Source: Antedon mediterranea
Taxonomy: Eukaryota > Animalia > Echinodermata
DNA: 64,000 nt
Assembly (NCBI RefSeq): GCF_964355755.1
Contig: NC_092671.1
Location: forward strand, 14,384,001 to 14,448,000
Direction of reading: 5' to 3'
The first letter of the stretch is position 1, and each line of letters begins with the position of its first letter. Both the position numbers and the translations under genes were made by a program. The notes beneath the pieces were generated by a model. The model did not search any database and had not been told where the DNA came from. It worked only from the letters and a program-made list of their open reading frames with translations. Below, piece after piece: positions 25,666 through 39,052 of this stretch.

Positions 25666-28600
25666 TCGCAAAAAAAACATAATTGGAAGGGAGGCCATGG
25701 TGATAAAAACAAATTTGAATATGGATTTAATGTCATTAAATTAATCCGATAACAGGTGGTTTAATAAAGTGTAATATTGTTTATAGTAATAATTTTCATC
25801 ATCCAATTAATGCTTACCAGTCTGTTCATTTTGATAGGATTAAAATTCCCATTAAATAACATAATGTTATTGTACTATATACTCGAGAAGGAAGTGTGCA
25901 ACCAATTTGGGTAATCCGACCTAAATACGTCCTTTGATTTCCAATGAATAATAGCATTACTAGAACACAGTTGTGAATGATGTAGGTAACTAACAAAGAA
26001 TATTAAAATGTGCTTCTAAAGAAAAACAATGTTTTATAATACAATATGTCTAGTTCATATTTCTGAGTGTTTTTCAAAGTGCATGTAGCGGCATCTGTTT
26101 TATCAACAGAGAACGCTTAATTTACGGTAACTAAAATGTTATTATTACACTAATAAGCCTTCATCCAATAGTGCCATTATAGCCTACGTTATGATATCAA
26201 GGACAAATAATAATAAAATCATTTCGAATGTAAGTCCCCTCGCGGACGAGTCATTTATGTGTATTACTTTATTTATTTACGTCAACATTTGCCGTTTATC
26301 ATCTGCTATTTAAGTGTCAAATTAAATGGATTCACAGACTGTCACGTAATGTTTTCGTTCCCCATAGCTATACACACTTTATCGTGTCGTCGCCAATAGT
26401 GTTTAACTCCAAGTAATGTATAGTGAATGCCTCCATATCATTCAAATAATGTATACGGTAATCAATGTTTGGATAGCTTCTTAGCGATGGCATGGCGGGG
26501 CGCGCGCAATGACAAGCGCTGGGAAGAGGTGTTGGGAAATAAAACTTTATCATTATTCAAGTTGAAAAGACCAAAAGATCAACGTGATAATTCATCACAC
26601 ATGTCTAAAAGAAAAGAGGCAGGAGATTTGTATATGCATATACATTATTATTATTTAGAATGAAAATAATCGTCAATATACTTTGAGGAAAGGAAACCAG
26701 TTCAAACCACACAAGTTCAAGACAAATATCAAGCTTAAAACATTCTGTTATGTAAAATTATTACTTTTCAATATGCCATTATTATACCGACACTAACGTA
26801 TAGTTAGCTGATACAATATTGTTGATGATATGAGACTGTGTTACAAATATAATACAATATTGTGTGTGTAAATGTGGATGGGCGGCGATTATTATTCTAA
26901 GTAATGGTTTATTTGAGAGGTGTTGTGGGCGTTTATTCAAATAAATACCATCCTAATTGGTATAAAGTATACATTATTTAGTTGAAACATCTTTTGAAAC
27001 TAACTTCCGCGACACAGTGGGCCGTTTCGGCCTAGGGAGGAAGACGTTTTAGACGGCTTGCAACATGGGGAGAGGTATCGCAGGTCCTAACGGGACACAG
27101 AAAGCCCAAGTTATTCCTGCCAGCTTCCTCAACAACTCGGCTATCGGGGTTTACTCGATTTCAAACAAAAGGTCTTATCATCAGTTCTCCCGATGTAATT
27201 GTACTATTACCCACCTCGCACGCGCGGTCCAAAAATAAACAAAAACCTAAATTGGCTATCGCCACCAACGGCTACCTTAATTGAAACCAGAAGTTGCAAG
27301 GTGAACCCGGAAATTACTTACACCGCGTACGGTTGAAAATCTACCGTCAGAAATCAGAAATTTTGTTTTAAAAAACCCTTTATAATATCTTCCTAAGATA
27401 GCAATATGGAACAATATCGTAACAGTGAAAACTAATGTTATCAAATCTACGTTTCGCGGTACATCTGAGATAGATAAGGTAGGTATCCAAGGCGGAGATT
27501 TGTCCCGAAGTTGTGCTCGTCTATGTCAGAATTAAGCATAATTCATAAATAGATTGTAGGATTATGATAATGTATACCAATGACAACCATTATAGACCGG
27601 TTGTAGGGCTTACTCATGGTAATAAAGAATTAAGTCACCGAAAGACGAGCAACCAAGAAAATAACTTGGCATTAGGATAGTTTCAAATAGGAGTTCAATC
27701 GTAGTTTACGAATGATATAAGAGCTTGTGATCATGCGTAAAAAATCCATTGTTTATATTGTTGTTATACCATGGACCTACAAATCAGTAATTGATAGGTC
27801 CATGGTTATACTGTATCAACGAATTAGTGACAAAACGACAGTCATACAGAAATATAGCGCGCCTTCGTATCTGGCCGGTTTTACAAACCAAACTGTTTTC
27901 TTACCCTGCGACCAAAACAACCATTTACAGTTATCATACCAGGGACGAGCGAATTATTTCCTATCACTAACTGTAATATCTACACACGACTATCCGTTGA
28001 TATAATAAACACAACAATATTATCAGTATATATAAATGATTCCTGGCTATAATCATAAACCAAAGTCCCAAGATACAACAACAGATGCGGTATTAACTCC
28101 ATAGCACTTACCAAAATGACTTTGATTGCCTACAGTCTACAATGAAACAATTAGAAATGGATTTAATTTCAGTCGTTGATACAAACAGATTAATAACATA
28201 ATACTGAAGATTTTGTAGATGACTTTTTACACACATATCCTGGTAAGAGAACCATTGGATAAAAGTCAATGGCGCCATATTAAACCATTCTTTAAGATCA
28301 TGTTTTGGGAAGGTATCAGACAATAATAACAACAACATACCTGTATGTTCACTATCATATCCTGATTTTCACCTTTGATTATGGGAAGGAAATACATGTC
28401 TGAAAACAAACGCATATCAATAATAATCGTTATGATCAGTATACTCATCAATATATTAATATTAATCAATGTTAACATATCAACTTCAACATTTTACTTT
28501 TCTCAGTCAATATTGATACCATCAATATATTGCTTAAAGGTTTGCATGGCGAGTAAAGTATAAGATTTGAATAACAAGGAATAGGAAATAATCTATAGTA

Positions 28601-31032
28601 CGTTGTTTCCTTTTGGAATACACTTTGTAGCGTAAACCTCAATTTAAATCAACAGTAATCAACATCAAATCCCGTATTAATAAAACAAAAATATAAATAT
28701 CCACATAATTTATTTCAACACTAACTTGTTGTTGTATTTTACTGGATATTTTCGTCATAATTAAATAAAAAAATGCTGTTAATTCTCCTCAACACAATTC
28801 TATTTTGCGATGACGTCAAAATGGAGGCACTATTCGTATAAGTTAAGTTTGCTTTGGCATTGTTCAGTCGCCGGACAAAATTTGATCGCTGACGACTTTG
28901 CACTTGAAACTGTTTAGGTGTAGGATCGAACAAAATCGAAATTGATTTTACCGAGATACGACGACTTGGGACACACGAAGTAATGCATAATTTACAAAAT
29001 ATTAGGTTTCATGTCGTTGGAGTTCCATTCCAGTACATTCTTCTAAATTATTGTTAATTTTCAACATGTTGATACTGTTGCATCCATTACATATCGATAT
29101 TAGTTTTTAAGTCGCATTATACATGTTTTATTATCATCTTTTAAGTAAGTGAAAATGTCTTAAACATCCTGGAATCTGACCTGTCGGCGGTCATAATAAT
29201 AGTAATTTGTTAGATTTATGTAAAGTTGGTTAATTACTGTTCATTCATTCATTCATTTGATCAAAATCACATAAAACAAGTAAAAAGGTTCATGAATAAA
29301 AATAGTATAAAAAACAACATATAAAACAATGATAAAAATATTTTAAAACATCTAAAACAGTATAAAAAAAAAGTTTTAAATATTTTTTCAATATTTAAAA
29401 ACCATTAACAAATCTTAAAGGAGATAAAAAGGGTGAGATCAGGATCGTCCAAGAAAACCAATAACTCATGCTTATTACTGTTTTCAGTGATAATATTTAT
29501 TAAATTAGAAAATTATTCATGTTAAACTTTGCTTTTTGTCACAATAAAAGTAATGACCCATGTTTATAACGTATCATTTTGATACTTTGCCTATGTAATT
29601 TTAATGAAGAGATATTTGTCAGTCATGTTAAACATTTATTATTTTTTTTATTTTTTTAATTTTTTTTTTATTTCATCATAATTATAATACTATTACAAAG
29701 GAAAGCATACTCAAATAAGAGTCATGTTAAAAATGTTAACACACGTTTAAAATGCATGGACGGGTTAGTGAATATCACCATAAAGACAATTTATAGAGTC
29801 GAGAAGGCACTCCATAGTTCCGGTGGTAGAAAAAGTATTTTAAAATAATAAAGACTTAAATCTGGAGCTTAAGTGTACACTTCTGGCTCGTGTACACAAC
29901 TAACAGACGTCGTTCGTATCACTTAAAAGTCAAGTAAAGCCAATAAAAACTGACTTACAGTCAACGAATTGCGAATGTTGGACATACACAGCGTTAAACA
30001 TAAATGTCAATATGATTTTAAACACCTAGTTTTAAGTTGATTGGGTTTAGGTGGAATCTTATAGCCACTTCATTGAGGAATAACTGTGTATATCCTGTGC
30101 TGTGGACATTTAAAAATTGAATTATATGAAAACACCAACAACCAGCATGTATTAATATTTTCGTGGCAAAATAAAATGGATCTTTTCTCAAAATTCCAAA
30201 ACCTTCATTCACAACTCACGCACGTTCCAGTGTTGCTTTCTTTTCCTTTTTATTTCTTCTGTTATTTATTTCGTTATTTTCCTTAATTGTAAATTCTTAG
30301 AACCTTTTCGTATTGTTAACCCCACGCGTATCATAAAATCTGATATAAAAGGAATCTAAAATTCTTCTTACCAATTCATGTAATATATTCTTAGAAGTAA
30401 CATTACAGATAGATAAATGATGATGATTTTTCATTTTATGTCTTTTTTTTATGATTACATTTCGTCTGTGGGAATGAGATTGACCCACGGTTTAATAGAT
30501 TTTATGATGAGTTTTGGTGGTAAAGCCTGTATTAAACCCAATGCGTAACCCAAGTTATAAATCTCTAACACCATTATTATAACATTCTCATTCTATAGCG
30601 TTTGGGGATAATAACCGTAATTTTGAAATCTACACCATAAATGGATAGGATTTAAAATTAAAATATAATATTCATAAATTGAATTCTACACATGCAAGCA
30701 AAAACAACAAATCTAAACATTTGTATGAACTCAAATGCAGTACTTCCATTTTGGCAATTATATATCTACATCCTCGTGTGAAATTCGGGGGCTAAACATT
30801 TATTATTTTATTAATATATATTTACTATGAATATTTGATTATTTTCATAATGATAATACAATGAGTTGAATTGAATAAAAGAAAGCGAATGAATTCAATA
30901 AATGTATTTTATCCGGTCCTTGTCTGGTACATGCATGCTCTTCCTGACATTGTATTTTTGTTTGAGGGCGTATCAGTCGATTGAAGTGGATGTTAACAAG
31001 GTTACCAAAACGTAGTTATTATAGTTTGAGTT

Positions 31033-31252
31033 TAAATGTGATGTGCCCATATATGGACATGATGATGATCACATCACTACCATATTTGGGCTTATCACTA
31101 CCATATTTGGGCTTATCACTACCATATTTGGGCTTATCACTACCATATTTGGGCTTATCACTACCATATTTGGGCTTATCACTACCATATTTGGGCACAT
31201 CACACTTTTTGTGTGTCAAACTTTATAGTTTGATAGTGTAGACATGGCTTTA
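31033..31252 (+). mobile_element. MITE family B copy with expanded 21-bp internal minisatellite (6 units)
   Basis: ATCACTACCATATTTGGGCTT x6 at 31073-31195, right end TTTGATAGTGTAGACATGGCTTTA. Confidence 0.8.
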
Positions 31253-32436
31253 TATTATTTTAAAGAAATGAATGTATTTAAATGGTAGTAATAACTTGAA
31301 AATAAAAGTTGTATTTTGCACATAATAACGTAATCAATCCGATAAGAAACAAACCCATGAAAAAGACAGGTATCTACTTAAGTATCTACTTAAGTATCGC
31401 AAAGTTAAAACTAAAACAGAACAAATTAAATCACCCTTGGGAAACATGATCAGTGAAAAGTTGCTAAAAAAATGTTTTTAAATTCACAGGAGTGTCATTT
31501 TCGTACTTATTTTATGGTCACGCAAAGCGCGTTGAAATTAATAGGCATTATGTTATCATAAAACACATTTTTCGTATGAAAAACAGATGTTTAGGGAATA
31601 AATTAAACTAATCATTACCTTTTTACTACTTTTTTTTGTTGAAAAGGTGTAATGTATCTGTGTTTAATAAGAGACAATTTGGCGGCGGCTTACGATAATA
31701 AAACACCAAAATGTATAACGAAACGTTGTTGTTCTTTTAATCGTCTTTTAATTATTTTGGTTGACGGAATTATGGGTCAGTTAGGCCTACGTACGGAAAA
31801 CATCGTTACGGTCTCTAGTGCTGTTGAATCGATACATATACCGGTAATGTGTTGTATACCTAAATATCTCGCGAGAAACTGCCTGCAGACTATCGTGTAC
31901 TGGTACGTACGTACGTACGCTTTTTCTTGTCCGTTTAGGTGCCTGCTGATACGATGCTGTTGCTGTTTACATTATAATCCTGTAATAATACTCCTGTTAT
32001 TCCATTTGATTACAAATATTTCAGCGCCATATTTAATTATGGGCATCTTGAGAAAGTGCCGAAACCTTATTTTCTGCTCGATCCGATCAAAAATGAAAAA
32101 GGTATAAACCGTTCGACTTGATACTTTAATAAATTAATATTTCTTAATAAAATAATGGCACAAAATTTTATTTTATTACAGCGCCTGCTAATTGCTGTCC
32201 ACTCATGACAGTTATTTTAGTTGATTAATGCTCGTTCCGGTGATATTCTATATGTTGACGTCGTACTACATTTTGTTCCAGGTTCAAATGATTATTACGA
32301 GCCAGTTAAAATAAAAGACAATGGACTTTCCATCTCCATCTATTTTCATCATTTTGTTTTGAACGTTATTGCCGATGTAACGAGTAAGCAAACGAGAGAA
32401 GCTTTGACATCTCAAGAATAAATTGAGTCAAACTTT

Positions 32437-32765
32437 CAAAATGTGTAGTAAAGTACAATATAATAGTAACTAATAAATAAAAACGTTTGTTATATGTTAT
32501 ATCATAGCCTTCGCAAAATAATATAATATTATTATTTATTTTTTATTTTTTTGGATTGAATAAGGTAACTGTGACGTAATATTGCATATTCAACAACACG
32601 TTGTTTAAAAATTTGTAGTAGGCTAAAGTATAATATAATAGGAAGTAATAAATAAAACGTTTGTTATATGTTATATCATAGCCTTCGCAAAATAATATAA
32701 TATTATTATTATTATTATTGAATACGGTAACATAATATGTACTATTCAACAACACATTGTTTCAG
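32437..32765. repeat. Local tandem duplication, period ~170 bp
   Basis: TAATAAATAAAACGTTTGTTATATGTTATATCATAGCCTTCGCAAAATAATATAATATTATTATT occurs at ~32471 and ~32646. Confidence 0.85.
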
Positions 32766-33563
32766 ATAAATTTTCAGGGAAACAATACATCTTTAATATA
32801 GAAACATTATATTTTAAATTACAACCTCGTCTAGGCCGGTATTCGTAAAATAGGACTACTTTCATGGTTCCATGAGTCCAGATGTCAAGACTGACAGAAC
32901 AAAGAAAGTCCCGGACCATCCTTAGTCCAGAACTATAAGGACTAAGGATAGTCCGGGACCATGTCCTCTTTCAAGAATACGGTTCCAAGTTACTCCTGTA
33001 TGTATAAAAAAGTCATAATTCCAGTTGAAATTGCAAGAATGATCATAACAAAAAACAAATACATGTTCATCAATCAGACTTATACGTGACTTACACGTGT
33101 GTGTTTTAATATCTCGCAACAATCATGTTATCATCATAATCTATCATTCTTCGGGTCTGTTCGTAAGTTGCGGAGTTAAAAACTCACCTGTGTACGACTT
33201 ATAGAAGGGAGAGGGCAGTATATCTAGTTTGTAAAAATACCAAATCACAAATTAAAACAGAAGTTTGTTGCAATGGTTTGGTATTGAAAGAAGCATACTA
33301 ATATTTAATAAGGCTGGAATACGTAATGGCATAATTTTTCAAAAGCAATAACAAACACATCAAAGTTAAAGTAGACCTCTAATGTTATCTCACACAATTA
33401 ATTCGCTATCACAATCTTTATGTACATGCAGGCCTAGTCACTTATTCAATTCAATATACAATATAAAAATATATGACGATCATTTCGATATACCTTATAA
33501 TGTCCTTGCTTTAAGGCTATCAATCTGTTCATCAGCATGGCAAATAAAAGTCGAAATTAATGT

Positions 33564-34316
33564 CTATTTCTGTATCTTCTCAAGGTATTCCTGCAAGAAG
33601 CGTATGTATTCAATAGCACTTTTAAGCACCTGCATTTTTGTGGCACGTTTGCGAGTGTTCATTGTTGATGGTAAACTTGCGTGTAATTGGTCAAATGCCT
33701 CATTCACATTCTGTATACGCATTCTTTCGCGGCTGTTTGCAAATGACCGCTGTCGAAGTCGATTCGTCTGAACGCGAGTCGACTTAATCTCAACGTCATC
33801 GTATCTACCGGTAAATCGAATATCTGTTCTGTACGTTCTAAAAGCAGAAGCGTCACGATCTTCTGCGTAAAGACCGCCAATATTGTGTGCACGGGAGCGT
33901 CTAGTTGTGTTTCTGGGGTCAGTGGATTTGTCAAAATTATAGGGTGACGCAGTAGGCTTACTTCTTCTAAGAATACCGTTTTTATCGTTAGTGTCTACTT
34001 GGCAATCCCATGTTGCTCGACAGAGATTCGGATTAGAAACTGGACTTGTCAATGCGTCCTGACAATACTTCACAGTGCTATTCGTTTTGCACAAAAGACA
34101 AATCGGCATACTCGTCTGTCTGATCTCGGGTGATCGTGAGATGTAATAGTCTGGAATACGGTTAAACGTCCAAGCATGAGGATGTCTATCTGTGATACCT
34201 GTCCACATAGTAGTCGGTTGTATCGGACATCTGTAGCAATGAACATCCATATAGTTCTTGTTCTGTATGTAGCCTGCAGACGGAGGAGGACTACTGCCAA
34301 CATTAAACACGTTCAT
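33564..34316 (-). CDS. Divergent group-A bHLH transcription factor, single coding exon, 250 aa, family uncertain
   Basis: C-terminal bHLH RQRSFANSRERMRIQNVNEAFDQLHASLP...RKRATKMQVLKSAIEYIRFLQEYL with an intact RERxR DNA-binding motif. Good start context CAAAATG. Longest ORF in the window. Confidence 0.88.
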   Translation of the reverse strand: MNVFNVGSSPPPSAGYIQNKNYMDVHCYRCPIQPTTMWTGITDRHPHAWTFNRIPDYYISRSPEIRQTSMPICLLCKTNSTVKYCQDALTSPVSNPNLCRATWDCQVDTNDKNGILRRSKPTASPYNFDKSTDPRNTTRRSRAHNIGGLYAEDRDASAFRTYRTDIRFTGRYDDVEIKSTRVQTNRLRQRSFANSRERMRIQNVNEAFDQLHASLPSTMNTRKRATKMQVLKSAIEYIRFLQEYLEKIQK

Positions 34317-35704
34317 TTTGTGGAATCGGAATCGTCAGCAATGAGGATAATAATCAAAACGCAGCATTTAATGCCGTTGCTCTTTGCTCAATGATTTGGA
34401 CAAATGACCAACTGGTGTTGTTATTTAATATAAACGACATTATGCAGGGAGCACCTGTTACCCACTGGGGTTCCCAGTTAGAGGTCCAGTCATCTAACGT
34501 GTTACTGCAAGTGGTATAGACACAATGGTCACGGTGTACCAATTATACAGTATTAAAGTGCTACAGGATACCACGTATCACGTCGAGGAGATGGGCCTTG
34601 CTTCGATAAAGATACGATATTTTTTTTATTAATACTTTAGTTGGGAGCCTTAATGAAAAGATAAACGTTCAAATAAAATCGTCGATGGACAAACATCTTT
34701 CAACTTTGACCAACAGCGGTAACTCGGTGGTACATAGCCAAATCATAATATTTTATCTACTCATCTGTGTATCAATGTCCGGAATTTAAATTTGTTTATG
34801 GTTGCTATAAATGCATTCCATGTTAAACATAATTGTGTCATTTGTGACGTACTTAGCAATAGAAATGTATCACATGTTTTAACTCGTTAGTTCATTAATG
34901 TCGAAAAGAAACCCACAAAAGAATTACAAGCGAAAAAAAATAAACAATCGTTCTTTATTGTTACGTTATTTTCCATTTACATATAAATTAAAACATTATA
35001 TATCATGTTTGTATGTCTTACTTATTGACTTACTGTTTTGCTACATGTCACTCGCGTGAACAAGGCTAACCGATCTAGTATAGTTTTATGATTTACCCAA
35101 AAGAAAAAAATACAAACATCATTTTGTTGAAACCAGATGAATATTTTCGAGATTACATATTATATATTTATGAGAAATTGAGAAAATGCATTAATAATTA
35201 TTACAGTATTCATGGATCCTGACACAAACTTCTTTCTAAATAGCGCCACCAACAATCTCAACCACTCGCAACTTTATTTTTCTCTCGTTTCCAATAATTA
35301 TGAACATGTATATAAAAAAGGTCCAAACAATATAAACCGTATTATAAAAATAATCTACATATTAAGAGGCGTGGACTACGTAAAAACGAGGTTGGACGAG
35401 AGGGGGAATGCTTTGTGTTTTGTACAATTATGACATGCAACCAGTGACGTCACTTTAGTAATGTTGTATTTATTTTCGTCACACATCAAAAGGTAACACA
35501 CGAAACATCCACATAAGTACCAAATAAGGCCAGACATGAAATGTTCAAGCTGCATGACTTTTTAAACTATAATTTGCTATTTTAATTCAGTAACACTGCC
35601 AACCAAATTTCATTTGTACCTCGTTGTTAAAATAAAATAATATCGTATCGTGTGACGTTCCGATGTTTGTAAACGGCAAATACTGGACTCTGTATTGTTC
35701 TCAT

Positions 35705-35870
35705 TAGTCTGGGCTCCAGACGGAGTTTTGTAAAAATATAAATATTTTTGCACATATGGCGTTTCATAGGTTTATTACTTGAGTTTGAATACTTTCAGAC
35801 AAAAATCGCGGTCGAAATAAAAACAAATAAATAAAAAAAAGACAATAAATACAGACTTGGGGCAAGTCTA
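35705..35870 (+). mobile_element. Dispersed repeat family E copy 2
   Basis: Colinear similarity with 13998-14178. Confidence 0.6.
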
Positions 35871-38800
35871 TGTTCTCATGTTTACGTCACAAAAGCTAAA
35901 TCTATTCAAATCTTGGACGTGAAATTAACACAAACCTTATATGCAATATCATGGAGAAATAAATTAATTCTCCATGGTTTTACGAAACTATCGAATTTTA
36001 AATACACTTAGAATGTGTATAATACTGCATGTTAGTTCCCGTGAACACCGGGAGGAACGGCCTATTTTAATTGTCTATACAAAATGGTAAAAGTTGTTTG
36101 ACCCCAAAAAAATGCCTTGTACTTTTTAGAAAATTGATTTTTGTTTTAATTTATCTTTGTTTTTAAAGTGAATTCTTGGAATTTCAAACTAATATCGATA
36201 GTTATATATAAAGCCAAACATTAAAATAATACTATCAAAAACAAAAGTGTTTATACTCTCGGCAAGTGACTGATGACTTTTCGTTTGGCCGACGGGCTTA
36301 GCATGCCTGATCTGATTTTAATCATAATAAGGTACCGGTACCTGTTTCTTACAGGATCGAAACAAAATTAAATATTTAATCAATAACTAATAATAAGTTT
36401 ATAGATCAATTTAAGACACTGATATGTGATAATATAAAACAAGGAAAAAAAGAAATTATTTCTGAAGATAAACAAATAAAGTAATTCGAAATACAATTCG
36501 GAGTTTGTTTTGTGTTTTTCTGGAGGATTTTCTGCACCACAGATTCCGCATGGTTTGCACAATCGCACATTCGCACGTTGGGTTGTTGGTCGACATTTTT
36601 AACACTCGCAAATGTTCTCATCATTGCAGAGTAGGCTAGCTATAATTATTATTTTATTATCGATGGATGGTTTAGAGGATTTTGTATTTTCGTTAAAATG
36701 TAGCCTATAATGTTGTATGTACCAAATGGTCACATCATCGTTTATGTAACACCCAAGAAGAGAAGAGGCCACTACGAAAAAAATGATCCAATTGATCGAC
36801 CCGATCCTCTAATTGATAAAATAAGTTCACGGCCCAGAAACCATCATTTACGTTTGGAAACTAAACATTGGAGAACAAAAATGCAATATAGTGTAGATGC
36901 CAAAGTGCCTTCCAAAACAACTACTGTTAGCATAAGCTGTGGGAATGCCTTGCACTTTTAGTGTGGCTCTTGTAGGCCGAGGTATTTGGCTGTCAAATGG
37001 CCGTAGCCTAGGGCATCAGGTATCACTTGAACCCGCGCCTTTAGGCTAGGGTTATACCAATACATATCTCTCCCGGTATGACGTAAATACAGTAGACATT
37101 TTCATGTGTTTCAGTTGTATTCAATTTCATCTCTATTATGAAGAACAACACGTTATTTTGATTGGAGAAGTGGAACATTAAAAACGTACGTTCGCTTTTT
37201 AGGATGCTATTTTAGCGAATGCATATAAAATAAACCATAACACATCCGATATGACCACAATATTGAGTGGTTCTGGTATCATGTGCATCTAATGCACATC
37301 ATGCCTTGGAACGAAACCGAACGCAATGCACATGGCCTAGGCCTATACATGTCGTTATACAAAAAAATGCCGGAGGAGAACCATGTAGCCCTCTGGGTAA
37401 ACGACCCTCGCGATGTTGATACCAATCTTGTAGACTTATAGAGTATACTTGCGAATAATGACGGTGGCGACTACAATAGCTCGCTGCTATCAAGTCTCCC
37501 CTCATCTCACCAGGTGTGATGACAAAGAAAGTGTTCGTTAAGATTCCAGTCAATTAAGATAAATGACGGAAATTTACTTAACTGTCATTTTATGTATGTG
37601 ATCTGTGACTATCCGTGTGAACATCATTTTTTCCCTTATTAACTTGATAAGATAGTTGGCGTGGGAAATTCAAACACTACAATAACTTTTTTATTTGAGA
37701 TATTAGTTTCATCTAGAGACCTAGATCTGGGTGGGTGTCTTAATTGGAGTGTTACGGTATTCATATGATGATGAACGTTCTGAGGTTGACATTCTATCTT
37801 GTTTATCAAGGCATGGTGTATTCACATTGTTGTCAATAAGCACGAATCATCCTAATGTGAACTTTTGTTTCAAGAAAGTATAAAATATATTTATGAATGA
37901 AAAGTTTTATATATTTTATTATTATATTCATTAAATTTTCAGTTTATAGGAACCAGGAAATGTCCATCATAATCCGTAATCGGGAACTTATCTAAATCTA
38001 AATTTAATTATGCTTTATTATGCTTAATTATGTTTCAATGTATATATTATTTTTCATGATTATAACGCTATTCAGAAAAGGACACGTTATGACAGTGACA
38101 TGGTAACTAAGAATAAAAGAAAACCACGACAGTACAATATACAAAAACTAATTAAATTGTTTTTAAATTAATTTGTTGAACACGATTTACAGACCATATA
38201 TTCCAATAATGGAAGACTTAAATTCTTCTATGTTCCAATTCATTCGTTATTGTTTATATTATCACACTTAGATTAACGAATAACATTACATTAAATAGCC
38301 ATTCCTATTGCACATCGGTTGTCAAAAGTGTACCAGTGTTACTGGGTTCAAAGCTACTCGTAAGGCCTAGCGAAATTCTCACTCATGTCCATTATCTAAC
38401 GTGATATTTCTCCGCCCTCAAGCGTAATCGGCGTTTAGCGTTGTTTCACGTGTGATAAAAAAAAAACCGCTGCTGACTCAGAAAATTGTTTGTACTTGGA
38501 GTTCAAAATAATATCTCACTTGGGTCTTCATTAATAGTAGAACATGATTTTGAATGATTTAGTGGTTACGATGATTCTAGTGCATTTGCCTATGGGCAGC
38601 AAAAACTTGTAAACGTTTGTTTTATTTTTTTAAAATGAAACAGTATTAAAACACCAACAGAGGTAAAGATTTACGCAATTATGAAACTATCAAAAAACAC
38701 CCGGTCATAATTGTCTGGTTAAAAGTCAGTTATTTCATTCCACACTTTATTATTAATTCTTAATGACATCACAGAGAGTATATTCAAAGAAAACGACAAA

Positions 38801-38875
38801 CTAGTTCATTTACAATTAAATCGAATGGTTCAGAAGATTTCCAGATTTTCAGTGCTGTATCTTCACATACGACAA

Positions 38876-39052
38876 TTTCCCAGTACCGGTATCATAGGAA
38901 TATTTTGTAATACAGCAACGCATGTATATCACATGCTGTGCCTGTATCATGTAAGGTTAGCTTAAGGGTTAGTTTATGATTATGGTACTGGGTGATAGCT
39001 GTGAAACACATGTGATACTGCATTATGGAGTTTTCCTATGATACTGGAGAAA
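38876..39052. mobile_element. Palindromic MITE family C copy
   Basis: Inverted arms CCAGTA(CCGGTA)TCATAGGAA ... TTCCTATGATACTGG. Related copies at 45983-46131 and, partially, 20782-20852. Confidence 0.75.

Noticed and set aside
30981-31241. ORFs with SLPYLGL / KPKYGSD repeats
   Set aside because: Translations of the 21-bp MITE-internal repeat.
31652-32107. 151-aa plus-strand ORF, and TCTCGCGAGA motif at 31867
   Set aside because: No recognisable domain and a composition typical of spurious ORFs. A single motif is insufficient to call a promoter.
33382-34394. ORFs overlapping the orphan bHLH on other frames or the other strand
   Set aside because: Shadow ORFs of the real coding sequence.
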